The notes under the pieces are model-generated. The model was not told the origin of the DNA, did not search any database, and saw nothing but the letters and a program-made list of their open reading frames with translations. From the IMG/VR virus record IMGVR_UViG_3300031111_000236: a DNA stretch of 64,000 nt. One strand, written 5' to 3'. Shown in pieces: positions 39,661-49,148 of the stretch. Position 1 is the stretch's first letter, and each line of letters begins with the position of its first letter. The position numbers and the translations under genes are program-made. Origin of the DNA: an uncultured virus (IMG/VR IMGVR_UViG_3300031111_000236). Its lineage: Duplodnaviria > Heunggongvirae > Uroviricota > Caudoviricetes.

Positions 39661-40207
39661 TAGTGGCGGAATGAGGGTAGAGGTTATATCTGAAAGGTCT
39701 GGCAAGACTATATCTCTCCACCCTACTAAGGTAGACCTTATGGTCGATATGTTCACTTTCATGCGTGAGCATTACAACATACTGGAGCGGGAATTTACAG
39801 TATCCAACCTTGAGTTTGTTGAGAAGGTTGAGAGGGGAGTGCTCTTTTATGATAAGTTTGATATGGCCAGGAAAGGTAGGAACTACAAGTTCGGTGGGCA
39901 CGCCATACTTTTGAAGGAGGACGGTAAGCTCTACCTCTACACAAGGAAGAACGCACCCGCAGGACAAGAGGGCTGGACCTCTACTAAGAAGAGGACGAGC
40001 TTTGGGGAAGCGGTGGTAAGGTTCGAGCTTTCACCTCACAAACTCTTGCATCAATTCAAGGAGAATGTTACCTCTATATCGCCCGTGACGGACGTTTATT
40101 TCTCATTCCTCGATTGGGTTATGACGGCGGCTGTTATAGAGGCCAGAAAACAAAAGCTCAGAGAATTTACACCCAAAAGTCTAAATAGTTCAGTCCCTGA
40201 ACAGTAA
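39653..40207 (+). CDS. Hypothetical protein
   Basis: ORF overlapping the previous stop. Confidence 0.6.
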   Translation: MSDSGGMRVEVISERSGKTISLHPTKVDLMVDMFTFMREHYNILEREFTVSNLEFVEKVERGVLFYDKFDMARKGRNYKFGGHAILLKEDGKLYLYTRKNAPAGQEGWTSTKKRTSFGEAVVRFELSPHKLLHQFKENVTSISPVTDVYFSFLDWVMTAAVIEARKQKLREFTPKSLNSSVPEQ

Positions 40208-40217
40208 TGGTGATTCA

Positions 40218-41555
40218 GTGAACCTTAAACCTATGCTAACTCACGCTAACAGGAGCACAGGCGATGCGCTCCACATATCCGAAGACGGTGTTGTAGCAAT
40301 CATTGGGCGCACCATTATGGTACTTGTCAATGACTACAAGAGGCAGAGGCCGATACCACATGATAAGAGTACAGGTTTTGTGATTTTATCAGACCTGGAC
40401 GACGAGGTTACGGTTCTATCACACAGTCTTGAAAATCGTCAAGTCAAAAGTGTCACGCTCTCGGAGGTAAGAGACCATCACGCAATTTTTCAGATTAATG
40501 GCAAGAAGAAGCTCAAGCTCCCTGTCATTACTAAGGCTGAAGGTCTATCTGATGCACCTTTCACTCCAGAGAGACTCAAAGGTGTCAGGGGCATCTATGG
40601 GACCAGACTTCACGAACCTAATTCTTTCAAAAGGCTTTTGAAGACCATAGAGATGTATTACGAGCAGGTCTTGTTCAGGGTTATCGAAGACGAGTTTCAG
40701 ATGATATTCACTGGTGAGCGGGAGAACGGTACGAGCGGATATTATGCTATCACCATTGGTAGGATGTCAAGGTCGCCCCTACAGGAACAGAGAGGCAAAC
40801 ATATCACGAGAGAGATTCCAGTGATGATGGACCTTCTTGGGAAGCTCGGTAAGGACTCCGTAGTAGACATACATCTCGGAAGACATGAGAAGGACCCTAA
40901 CGGGTCCCCTATAATGCTTTCGCACTCCAGCGGGGCTTATGCCTTTAGAGTGGGCTTTGAGGACGTGAAATTCTTTGAGCTTGAGAAAGACATACCACGA
41001 CTGAACTGGATACATATCGATAATCCTGTCATAACATACGGGTCGCTGGTCGAGATACTGGAGGAGTTCAAGGTTGATAACGTACTCGGAGAGATAGTGC
41101 ATTATTGTCTAAATGCGACATGGAGACAGTGGCGCAAGAAACAACATCGTATCAATCCCTACTACTTTGTGGTATACAACTACTATCTTGACAGTCTTTT
41201 CACAGAGCTTGGTATGACCATGCGTAAGGCAGTCGTTAAGGATGGAAAGGACGTGTTCGACTACTACGTCTACGACAACGAGATATACACCTTTGTTATT
41301 GCTGACGACCTCTTGGTCAAGAGGGTAAACGAGATGTACAGAGATGGTGATTACAAGGTCACTATCAGCAATGGCGACAAAAGGTCCCATTTCCATAATA
41401 CCATCGGCAAGAAGGTATCGGTAAACAAGATTAGGACCTATACCAATAAAAGCACTAAGAACGTCGAGGTGACCATAGTTGATGCTAAGGGTCTGGACAT
41501 CATAGTTGCTACCAAGGATATCACTGCTCGTATACTCGGGGAAAATCTAAAATAG
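40218..41555 (+). CDS. Hypothetical protein, possible divergent PCNA-like sliding-clamp fold with C-terminal extension
   Basis: Segments LHISEDGV, FKRLLKTIEMYYEQVLFRVIEDEFQMIFTG, VDIHLG...PIML resemble clamp patterns; CDS solid, fold tentative. Confidence 0.4.
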   Translation: MNLKPMLTHANRSTGDALHISEDGVVAIIGRTIMVLVNDYKRQRPIPHDKSTGFVILSDLDDEVTVLSHSLENRQVKSVTLSEVRDHHAIFQINGKKKLKLPVITKAEGLSDAPFTPERLKGVRGIYGTRLHEPNSFKRLLKTIEMYYEQVLFRVIEDEFQMIFTGERENGTSGYYAITIGRMSRSPLQEQRGKHITREIPVMMDLLGKLGKDSVVDIHLGRHEKDPNGSPIMLSHSSGAYAFRVGFEDVKFFELEKDIPRLNWIHIDNPVITYGSLVEILEEFKVDNVLGEIVHYCLNATWRQWRKKQHRINPYYFVVYNYYLDSLFTELGMTMRKAVVKDGKDVFDYYVYDNEIYTFVIADDLLVKRVNEMYRDGDYKVTISNGDKRSHFHNTIGKKVSVNKIRTYTNKSTKNVEVTIVDAKGLDIIVATKDITARILGENLK

Positions 41556-41671
41556 CCCCAGACATATCGGACTAATGTAGATATCTGCCCTGATTTCTAC
41601 ACGGGGGTGTAGACTAAAAATCTGCACCCCCAACCCCTATCTTTTTATACTTCGTGTTCTCTGGAAACGTG

Positions 41672-42751
41672 ATGGCGAAAGATAAGGCTGTACCGCTGAC
41701 ACCTGCAATACTCTTGGACCTCCTCTTGAAGCGAGGGGCATCTGTTTTTATGTTCAAGCTCAGAGCGCAGACTAAGCAGGGTACGGTCTATATCGAGTCT
41801 CAGGACGATATCAAGAGATTACCAAAGACTGCCATTATCAAGAAGGAGAAAGTCACTGAGACTGACAAGGTAGACCTTGAAGGTCACCCTATATTCTTCG
41901 AGGCGCAGTTTGGTCCTATTTTCTACAGGGGGGACGTTAAGTACGGCTACGAGTGGATGGTCAAGAGGCCGTGTTTCACCTATCAGGATGTTTCGACGCA
42001 TCACTCGATAGGGTGGGAGATACACGACCTCTGGGGAGACATAGAGGACCTCTTGCACTCGGATGGCACACACGCTACGTTGCGAGGACAGGCTATACTG
42101 AAGGATTTCGTACCACCAGCTACCACTTACGATGCCTTCCTGATGTTGTTCGAATTATTCGGTACACAGGTTTTCGATATACCCAAGTACGGTGATATGG
42201 AGCCTTACAAGGTCAAGAACTCCTATGGTATACCAGACTTCTTTGATATCAAAAGCGTGTATCAGAAGCCACTACAGCGCATCAAGAGGTCGAGTGACCC
42301 TCTGAGGATAACGACAGAGCAACTCTCGGCGATTTACAGTGTCGAGCGTCGCTACGTGCCTTGGTACGTGAAGCAGAAGGTGATTTACTTCTACACGGAC
42401 CAGGAGTTCGCAATAGACGGGTGGGGCATACCTATCAAGGTCAAACACACGAGCGCAGGTAATCTCGTGATGGAAGGTTACTACAGGGGAGTAGGATGGC
42501 GTGAAGAAGAACCCAAAAAGAAACGGAAAAAAGGAGCCCAAGAGCAGGGTGACAAATCCTCTGACCAGGCAAATGCAAGCTCTCGTTTTACAAGAGACCT
42601 CACCACAGATAGAGAACCACTCCTCGAAGAGGAGTTCGAAGAAGGAGACCTCCTCGGCATCTTCGAACAGGGGGACCTACTCGATAGTGAGGAGGATACC
42701 GATGAGACTTCATACCCTGAAGCAGAGGAGGATAGTCAATCCGAGCAATGA
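41672..42751 (+). CDS. Hypothetical protein with acidic tail
   Basis: Long ORF about 30 nt after TTTTTATA (41642). Confidence 0.7.
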   Translation: MAKDKAVPLTPAILLDLLLKRGASVFMFKLRAQTKQGTVYIESQDDIKRLPKTAIIKKEKVTETDKVDLEGHPIFFEAQFGPIFYRGDVKYGYEWMVKRPCFTYQDVSTHHSIGWEIHDLWGDIEDLLHSDGTHATLRGQAILKDFVPPATTYDAFLMLFELFGTQVFDIPKYGDMEPYKVKNSYGIPDFFDIKSVYQKPLQRIKRSSDPLRITTEQLSAIYSVERRYVPWYVKQKVIYFYTDQEFAIDGWGIPIKVKHTSAGNLVMEGYYRGVGWREEEPKKKRKKGAQEQGDKSSDQANASSRFTRDLTTDREPLLEEEFEEGDLLGIFEQGDLLDSEEDTDETSYPEAEEDSQSEQ

Positions 42752-43184
42752 TACACCTTACGTCTGTAGGGAGTGTCGTGAGCCTCTGAGAGTGCTCTAC
42801 GTTGACTACGTAGGGTGCAAGTACCCTGGAGTAGGAGTGCCGCTATATGACCTCACACTTTCCTGTGTGAGCGGCCATAAGAGAGTCCTACAGCTCTACC
42901 CTCGTGATGGAGAGTGGCTTGCTAACTTACTGTTTACCCCTCTTGACCAAGGCTCTTTCAAGGTTTCTAAAAAGGTTGACGGTAAGTCTACTTACAAGTT
43001 CAAGACCAGTGTTCACAATCTACCGAGAGGTATGTTCTTATACTATCGCAAGTACTTCCAGAAAATAGACAAGAGTGGGGGTGACCTCCCAATATATCAC
43101 AGATATCAGATTACCGACAAGGCTGGAATCGTTGCGGCCTCTCGTGAGTACAAGAAGCGGGTAGCCGCTCGTTATTGTATTTAA
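42702..43184 (+). CDS. Hypothetical Zn-binding protein
   Basis: CREC...CVSGH; ATG 42702 after GGAGG. Confidence 0.55.
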   Translation: MRLHTLKQRRIVNPSNDTPYVCRECREPLRVLYVDYVGCKYPGVGVPLYDLTLSCVSGHKRVLQLYPRDGEWLANLLFTPLDQGSFKVSKKVDGKSTYKFKTSVHNLPRGMFLYYRKYFQKIDKSGGDLPIYHRYQITDKAGIVAASREYKKRVAARYCI

Positions 43185-43243
43185 GCCTTGACCCAAACTT
43201 ATATATCAGCCACCCTTTCTATTGGGGTCTGGTGACTGAAACT

Positions 43244-43627
43244 ATGGCAGATAAAGGAATGTTCTGTGTTCCCGTGCCGTTTGGGAAAAGAGCGGGTCTG
43301 GCCCTACTGCCCAACTTCCTGCTCATACTGATATTTACCCTTTACGGGTACTTCATGTATGACGGGACTGACGGGGCACTGGCCGTCCTGCTCATGGTAT
43401 CGGTCATGGCGATTGCGAGTCTCGTAGCTTTCGTCCCCTACTTTGGGGTCGTAATCTACGGGCTGGCGAGCTACTTCTGGCTCATGCCGCACGTCATTGA
43501 CACTACCACTCTCCCAGATGGATTCACCGATGACTGGATATATTGGGGTATCCTCCTCGTGTATCTGATACTCGGTGTAATCTATACCTATCTCGGTACG
43601 ATAGCATGGCGAGAGCGCAAGAAGTAA
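43244..43627 (+). CDS. Multi-TM membrane protein
   Basis: About 4 hydrophobic helices; GGTGA SD. Confidence 0.65.
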   Translation: MADKGMFCVPVPFGKRAGLALLPNFLLILIFTLYGYFMYDGTDGALAVLLMVSVMAIASLVAFVPYFGVVIYGLASYFWLMPHVIDTTTLPDGFTDDWIYWGILLVYLILGVIYTYLGTIAWRERKK

Positions 43628-43704
43628 GGTCAGGAGACCCCTCTTGCACGGTTCAGGTCTCCATGACCTGAACCTTTTTATATTTCCTTTCTTTCTAACT
43701 TTTT

Positions 43705-44457
43705 ATGATACCAGAACTCCCGTACCGTGCTATCTACAGTTACCTCTTAACAGTGGAAGGCGTAGATAACCTGGCACGGGCGATGGGTATAGAGTCCTCA
43801 ATGCTTGTAGTACCAAATGACTCAATTAAACGTGAGGTTGTCAACTACTATGAGCACTACAAGGGTGAGAGACATGAGCTTATCAATATGAGTGAGTTTC
43901 TTGACCATCCAGAGGCGAGTGAGTTCTGGCTTATGGTACATAGGACTACTGGTCGTAAGTTCGTGTATCTCAAGCACGAGGGCCTTACTGAGTTCGAGAG
44001 TATGAACCATATATGCACTGTCCGTGGTATGTGGGACTTGTCGTTCTTCAAACCGATAACGGCCCAGAGATACAGGTTGGACACTAAATATCGCTTTTCC
44101 ACTATGATGAAAGAGGGCGCACGTTACTCAGTTTTGAAACCCTATCTGCGTCGCATAGATGGGACAGTATACCCGATATCGTATGTCTTCTTCAAGTATG
44201 AGGTCGCCTGTGATGATGGCTATGCGAGAGGCATGACAGAAATATACAAGTTCAAGCATGGTGAGAGTAGAGAGTCCATACAGAGACCATTTCAAGAGTT
44301 CCTCAAGAAGCTCCAAAGTATAACAATAGAGCATGGCTCGAAGGTAGCCTATGTGACTTTCTATATCGAGTTCCCCCTCTTGTCACAGAGGTCAATCCCA
44401 TACGATTCCAGAGGTGAGGTGAGTGCTTCCGATTACAATAAAGCAAAGCGTAGTTGA
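43705..44457 (+). CDS. Hypothetical protein
   Basis: 250-aa ORF, apparently leaderless behind TTTTTATAT. Confidence 0.65.
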   Translation: MIPELPYRAIYSYLLTVEGVDNLARAMGIESSMLVVPNDSIKREVVNYYEHYKGERHELINMSEFLDHPEASEFWLMVHRTTGRKFVYLKHEGLTEFESMNHICTVRGMWDLSFFKPITAQRYRLDTKYRFSTMMKEGARYSVLKPYLRRIDGTVYPISYVFFKYEVACDDGYARGMTEIYKFKHGESRESIQRPFQEFLKKLQSITIEHGSKVAYVTFYIEFPLLSQRSIPYDSRGEVSASDYNKAKRS

Positions 44458-44911
44458 GTATCTTTTGTTCCATGAGATGGCTACCACTAACGAGGCCGCT
44501 GATATTCTCGTGGAGGATGTTCTCCAGGACGTTATCAACTACGAGAATGTATTCGTGGTGTGCTGGAAAGAACTGACTATGCTCGTGTACAGAACTATCT
44601 ATAAGGGCGTGGTGACCTTTCCCCTTGAGGATTATGAGGTACGCAAGAGTAGCAGAACTGTGTGGCTCAAGACCAAGCCGATGTCGTTTACCTATGTTTT
44701 CTCATTCATTGGTGATGACTTTCTCATGAAGGGTATCGGTGACTTGACGGTAACTCTTAAAACCAAGAATGGAGCGGAGTATATGGTAGAGCCAGATGAG
44801 ACGGTTCATACCGCCTACGAGATAGGAAAGCTCCTTGGTCACAATAAGCTGAAGAAAGAAGATGTGGACACCATCAAATTGGACTTCGTGCTACCTGTTT
44901 TCCTGGTTTGA
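44423..44911 (+). CDS. Hypothetical protein (start uncertain)
   Basis: ORF with GAGGTGA upstream. Confidence 0.55.
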   Translation: MLPITIKQSVVEYLLFHEMATTNEAADILVEDVLQDVINYENVFVVCWKELTMLVYRTIYKGVVTFPLEDYEVRKSSRTVWLKTKPMSFTYVFSFIGDDFLMKGIGDLTVTLKTKNGAEYMVEPDETVHTAYEIGKLLGHNKLKKEDVDTIKLDFVLPVFLV

Positions 44912-44980
44912 GTATATAAATTTTTTTCCGAGCCTTTATATTGTATTGCTACACTCGTATCATCCACAAGGTGATATGTC

Positions 44981-45448
44981 ATGTCAATTAAAGGCTTCAG
45001 GGATAACCCACTTAGGCACGGGCTCAGTGCACGAGGAATACCGCATCAGAAGAGTTTTGCTCTCAAGAGCGAGTACTACGACAAGGTGGCTCAGGGTGAG
45101 GAGGTCAAGTGTGCTCTGAACTCCAAGAGACAGCTTTCTTGCGAGCTATTCAAGACCAAGCCGTATGAACCTGGTAAGGACCCCTATCACGACCTCGACA
45201 AGCAGGTACGTGTCGGTAAGAAGGTCTCCAACCTCGAACAGGTCAAGACCACCGACATCAGCGATATCTGGGTAAAGGAGGGCGGAAAGGTCATCATCAG
45301 GAGATGGAACAAGGAACCGCTGATAGTAGCGGTCAACGAGTACCCTGACGGCAAAGGCGGGACCAAGAGACATATGAACGTATTCCCAGACAACAGGAAG
45401 CACAAGAGCAGTGCTGGTATTACCGCTGGCAAAGGCCCTTCTATCTAA
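44981..45448 (+). CDS. Basic protein with RHG leader
   Basis: GFRDNPLRHGLSARGIPHQKSFA. Confidence 0.75.
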   Translation: MSIKGFRDNPLRHGLSARGIPHQKSFALKSEYYDKVAQGEEVKCALNSKRQLSCELFKTKPYEPGKDPYHDLDKQVRVGKKVSNLEQVKTTDISDIWVKEGGKVIIRRWNKEPLIVAVNEYPDGKGGTKRHMNVFPDNRKHKSSAGITAGKGPSI

Positions 45449-45462
45449 GAACGGTGATGCCA

Positions 45463-46920
45463 ATGCTGAAGAAGGGATACCAGGGCGACCCTCTGGTTCA
45501 TGGTCTCAGTGCGAGAGGAATACCGAGTCAGAAGAGCTTTGCTATCAAACCTCCTCTTGCGGCTCCTAATATAGTCGCACCCCCATCAGTAGGACATTTT
45601 ACAATGTCACAAGAGCCGAACTCGTTCTTCATACCCCAGGAGAAGAGCGAGCATAGGGACAACATGGTTAGAGATTATTTGAAGACCATAGGGTCGAAGT
45701 TGGACCCTTATTGGGACGCTGACTTCTCCGAGGACGTTGAAACTTATAGGCAGGACGGGCGGGATTACTATTCTACCAACGTCTCACTTCTCTACGCCAA
45801 AAACGGATTCGTTGATATGGACGAGGTTGAGAAGGTTATCAAGAGTCTCAATGTCCCTGATGACATAAAAGAGGAACTGGAAGATGAGTTCGACTCCAGC
45901 TATGTCGAGGGCACGTACTACGACTGGATTGAGCGTGAACAGGACGATATAAGGGACCTCTTCCAGAGCGGAGGGAAAAACCATTTCACTGAGCGCAAGT
46001 GGTGGATGGAAAATGTCATGGCCAAAATAGAGGCTGGCGAAAAGACGAGCTACCCCGCCATCAACGAACTACCAACCAAGGAGGAGAAGAAGAAACTCTT
46101 GGAGGAGTGGATGGCTGAGGCTGAGTTGTATCTCGATGCCTTCGAGATAGTCGAGGCTGATAGTGTTGGCTTCTACGGGCGTGGTGGGAAACACTTCGGG
46201 TTCAAGGCGGATACCAGTGAGCTTCAGTACAAGGCCGAGGAAATCCAGGAGATGATAGACAATCTGGTTTACTACAACTTGGAAGGTGCTGAGACCAAGG
46301 ACGTGGTTCGCCAGATTCGCCAGATAGAGGTGGAGCAAAGGGAACTGGAGAAGATGGCCGACAAGTTCGTTGACAAGATAAATCTCTTGCTCAATTACGT
46401 CAAAAATATGTCCAAGGGCCTCGACTTCAACGCTGAGATGAAATACATCATCGAGATGAAGGCCGACGAGATAGTCGATGACAGGGCGCAAGAGGAGATA
46501 AGGAGGAAGAGGTCGGAGAACATGACTCTCGATGCTTTTGCCTCCAAGCAGAAGCATAAAGGGGAGGAACCAGAGTTAATCGACCTCCTCTTGAGCGACC
46601 TGAGCGGTGGTGACAGTCTCGAACACCCAGATGACTACGGGTTCTACTCCGTTCCTAAACAGCCAACCATTGTGAAGGTGGAGCCTGTAGACCCTCAACT
46701 CAAGAACGTGGAGAAGGTAGTCACCATACAGAGAGGCAAGAGGCGGTGGCAGATATCGGCTATCAGAAGGGTGGACGGTAAGGGCCTGTTCTATCTTGTG
46801 AAGACCAACAGCACAAGGAAGCAGTTCGGCAAGGTGATAGGTACAAAGTCCGACCTCTTGGAGCAGTATCCCTCTATCAAGGGCGAGATACAGGAGAACG
46901 TACCAGGGCGACGCTCATGA
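45463..46920 (+). CDS. Coiled-coil protein with RHG-type leader
   Basis: GYQGDPLVHGLSARGIPSQKSFA. Confidence 0.75.
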   Translation: MLKKGYQGDPLVHGLSARGIPSQKSFAIKPPLAAPNIVAPPSVGHFTMSQEPNSFFIPQEKSEHRDNMVRDYLKTIGSKLDPYWDADFSEDVETYRQDGRDYYSTNVSLLYAKNGFVDMDEVEKVIKSLNVPDDIKEELEDEFDSSYVEGTYYDWIEREQDDIRDLFQSGGKNHFTERKWWMENVMAKIEAGEKTSYPAINELPTKEEKKKLLEEWMAEAELYLDAFEIVEADSVGFYGRGGKHFGFKADTSELQYKAEEIQEMIDNLVYYNLEGAETKDVVRQIRQIEVEQRELEKMADKFVDKINLLLNYVKNMSKGLDFNAEMKYIIEMKADEIVDDRAQEEIRRKRSENMTLDAFASKQKHKGEEPELIDLLLSDLSGGDSLEHPDDYGFYSVPKQPTIVKVEPVDPQLKNVEKVVTIQRGKRRWQISAIRRVDGKGLFYLVKTNSTRKQFGKVIGTKSDLLEQYPSIKGEIQENVPGRRS

Positions 46921-47408
46921 GCAAAAACAATGGATTCGAGAAGGAACCCGCAAGGCACGGGCTATGCGCTAAGGGTATTCCTAATCAGAGGTCTTTCGGT
47001 CAGCCAGCATATCCATGTGACAAGGTGGTGCTACACCCACCTAACAAACCCCCTGTGGAACCCTCTGTTGTTACAAGGAGGGTACGTTACTACGCACACC
47101 ATAAGCCCTCTGGTAAGTCCTTCTGTCGGGAGACAGAGGTCATGAACGACCAGCAACTTCTTGATGCTATGGAGAGTTGGAATAGGCAGAAGGATTGGGA
47201 GTATACTCTGAGTGAACCTCTCAGCCTCAAGCGTCAAGGAGCCTTCGGCCTTGCGGCCTTCAACGACGGCAAGCTCATTTACATGAACAAGAGGGATATT
47301 CAGGCACTGGTGAGGAACGGGAGGCTTGCCAGGCCGAGTGTAGAAATTAGACTTCCTGATGTGGACCGCCAGGAGCTTTCAAGGCAGTGTCCAGTAGCTT
47401 TCGATTAA
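46917..47408 (+). CDS. Hypothetical protein with RHG leader
   Basis: GFEKEPARHGLCAKGIPNQRSFG. Confidence 0.75.
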   Translation: MSKNNGFEKEPARHGLCAKGIPNQRSFGQPAYPCDKVVLHPPNKPPVEPSVVTRRVRYYAHHKPSGKSFCRETEVMNDQQLLDAMESWNRQKDWEYTLSEPLSLKRQGAFGLAAFNDGKLIYMNKRDIQALVRNGRLARPSVEIRLPDVDRQELSRQCPVAFD

Positions 47409-47429
47409 TACAATAAGAGGTGAAGAGCA

Positions 47430-48455
47430 ATGAAAAAGAGCAATGGATTCAGGAACAATCCCCAGAGACACGGCCTCTCGGCGAGAGGTATCCCTAACCA
47501 GAATAGGTTCTCCTATCCTGGTGACATGAGTGACAGGGATATCATGGACGCTGAGATGCGGAAGGTAAACGCCGTTCTGCGTGATGCGAAGCCTGGTCTC
47601 AGAAGGGATGTGGAAAAGGTCGTTAACTCTGGCGTGTTCAAGAAGGAAGATATGAGCACTCAGAACTATGACATAGCGAGAGCTATTATCAAAGACCATT
47701 TCGAGGACCAGAAGCCGATGACGGACAAGGAGAGAAAGGTTCATCGGAAGGTTGCTGGTGTCTTCGGAGAACCGCAGGTTTTCGCCGCACCCCAGAAGAG
47801 TGGGAGAGTTACTGTCACTAAGGGTGGTAACAGGGTCAAGAGGGACAAGTGGGACTCGAAGAAAGGGAACTATCTCAACCTCGGCAAGTCGGTCCCTGAC
47901 AAGGGTGAACCTGGATTCGACACCGTAGCGGATGTCAGAAACGATACCAGGGCCAGCAAGGAAGCTCTTCAGAAGGGCTACATCGACAGGAAGACTTTCA
48001 ATGCGAGGACACTGAGGGCCAAGGCCATCGTTGAGCAGACCAAGAAAGGAGAACTGGCTGACAATAACAAGAAGGTCAAGGCCATCATGTACATCAACGA
48101 CTACAGAGAGGACGTTGGTATGGGACCTCTTGACACGTCACCAAAGCCCCCACGTCCTACTCCGAAGCAGGATGCGGCCTCTACCAAGACCGCCAAAACG
48201 CTCCCGAGGAGAGACAACGGTAGGTGGTGCAAGAAGGGAAGCTCTTGCGGTAAGAAGAAGGCGGCCAAACCCAAGAAGAAGGTTGCCAAGAAGAAGAAGG
48301 CCGCACCAAGGAAGCAGACCAAGCGTACCGCTCCCAAGAAGAAAGCTAAGAGGGAATCGACTCCCAAGAGGTCTTCACGACAGTCCTGCGAGAAGCTCAA
48401 GTTCCTGGAAGGCCGTTATGTCTGCAAGTTCAACAGATGGGTAGACGGCCTCTGA
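47430..48455 (+). CDS. Basic protein with RHG leader and histone-H1-like K/A/P tail
   Basis: GFRNNPQRHGLSARGIPNQNRF; KKKAAKPKKKVAKKKKAAP. Confidence 0.75.
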   Translation: MKKSNGFRNNPQRHGLSARGIPNQNRFSYPGDMSDRDIMDAEMRKVNAVLRDAKPGLRRDVEKVVNSGVFKKEDMSTQNYDIARAIIKDHFEDQKPMTDKERKVHRKVAGVFGEPQVFAAPQKSGRVTVTKGGNRVKRDKWDSKKGNYLNLGKSVPDKGEPGFDTVADVRNDTRASKEALQKGYIDRKTFNARTLRAKAIVEQTKKGELADNNKKVKAIMYINDYREDVGMGPLDTSPKPPRPTPKQDAASTKTAKTLPRRDNGRWCKKGSSCGKKKAAKPKKKVAKKKKAAPRKQTKRTAPKKKAKRESTPKRSSRQSCEKLKFLEGRYVCKFNRWVDGL

Positions 48456-48465
48456 GGTGGTCGTC

Positions 48466-49053
48466 ATGCCTTGGACAAAAGATAGTGAGAGACATCGGCT
48501 CGCTCAGGCTGGTGTCTTCTCACAAACCTCATACGCACCGCAACAGGCCCCATACACTGATGACGCTTACCCTGTACAGCGTACTGTTAGTGAAGAAGAG
48601 ATGCTTATGCAGGGTGCTATGACTGGTTCGCAAGAGCTTTCCAGGGCTCTTGAAGAGAGAGACGGAGAGAGAATGACAGTGCGGGAACAGGCTCTCCGAG
48701 GTAGTCGAGCCATTGAGACTACTGCGGTATCAGTTGGGTCAACTGTTGTGCCTGGTTTTGATGTGCTCTGGGAGGGCACAGGTAAGATACCGCTTACTAA
48801 CCCTTGGCTGATGAAACAGCAGAGGGAATACCTCCAGAAGAGGATAGACCAAGGTTACGTTCGAGGTCTACAGCTCGGTATGTTTTCAGGTGGCGAGTTG
48901 GGACTCGTAGAGCACGGGGAGTACGAGGACGATATGCACTACATCCGTATCTACAAGGGACCGAAGAGTACTGAGGTTCGCAAGGAGTTTCGCAACAAGG
49001 ACCCTGTAAAGCTCGAAAGACAATTCGAAGAGTACATCAACCGAGAGCTTTAG
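48466..49053 (+). CDS. Hypothetical protein with RHG-type leader
   Basis: MPWTKDSERHRLAQAGVFSQTSYA. Confidence 0.7.
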   Translation: MPWTKDSERHRLAQAGVFSQTSYAPQQAPYTDDAYPVQRTVSEEEMLMQGAMTGSQELSRALEERDGERMTVREQALRGSRAIETTAVSVGSTVVPGFDVLWEGTGKIPLTNPWLMKQQREYLQKRIDQGYVRGLQLGMFSGGELGLVEHGEYEDDMHYIRIYKGPKSTEVRKEFRNKDPVKLERQFEEYINREL

Positions 49054-49148
49054 AGACCAGTGCTTTCTACGTATTGTCTTGGAAAACCAGTGCAACGCTG
49101 GACCTATTATAAGCTCGCTCACCAATATTCAAGCGGTGATGCGAAGAT

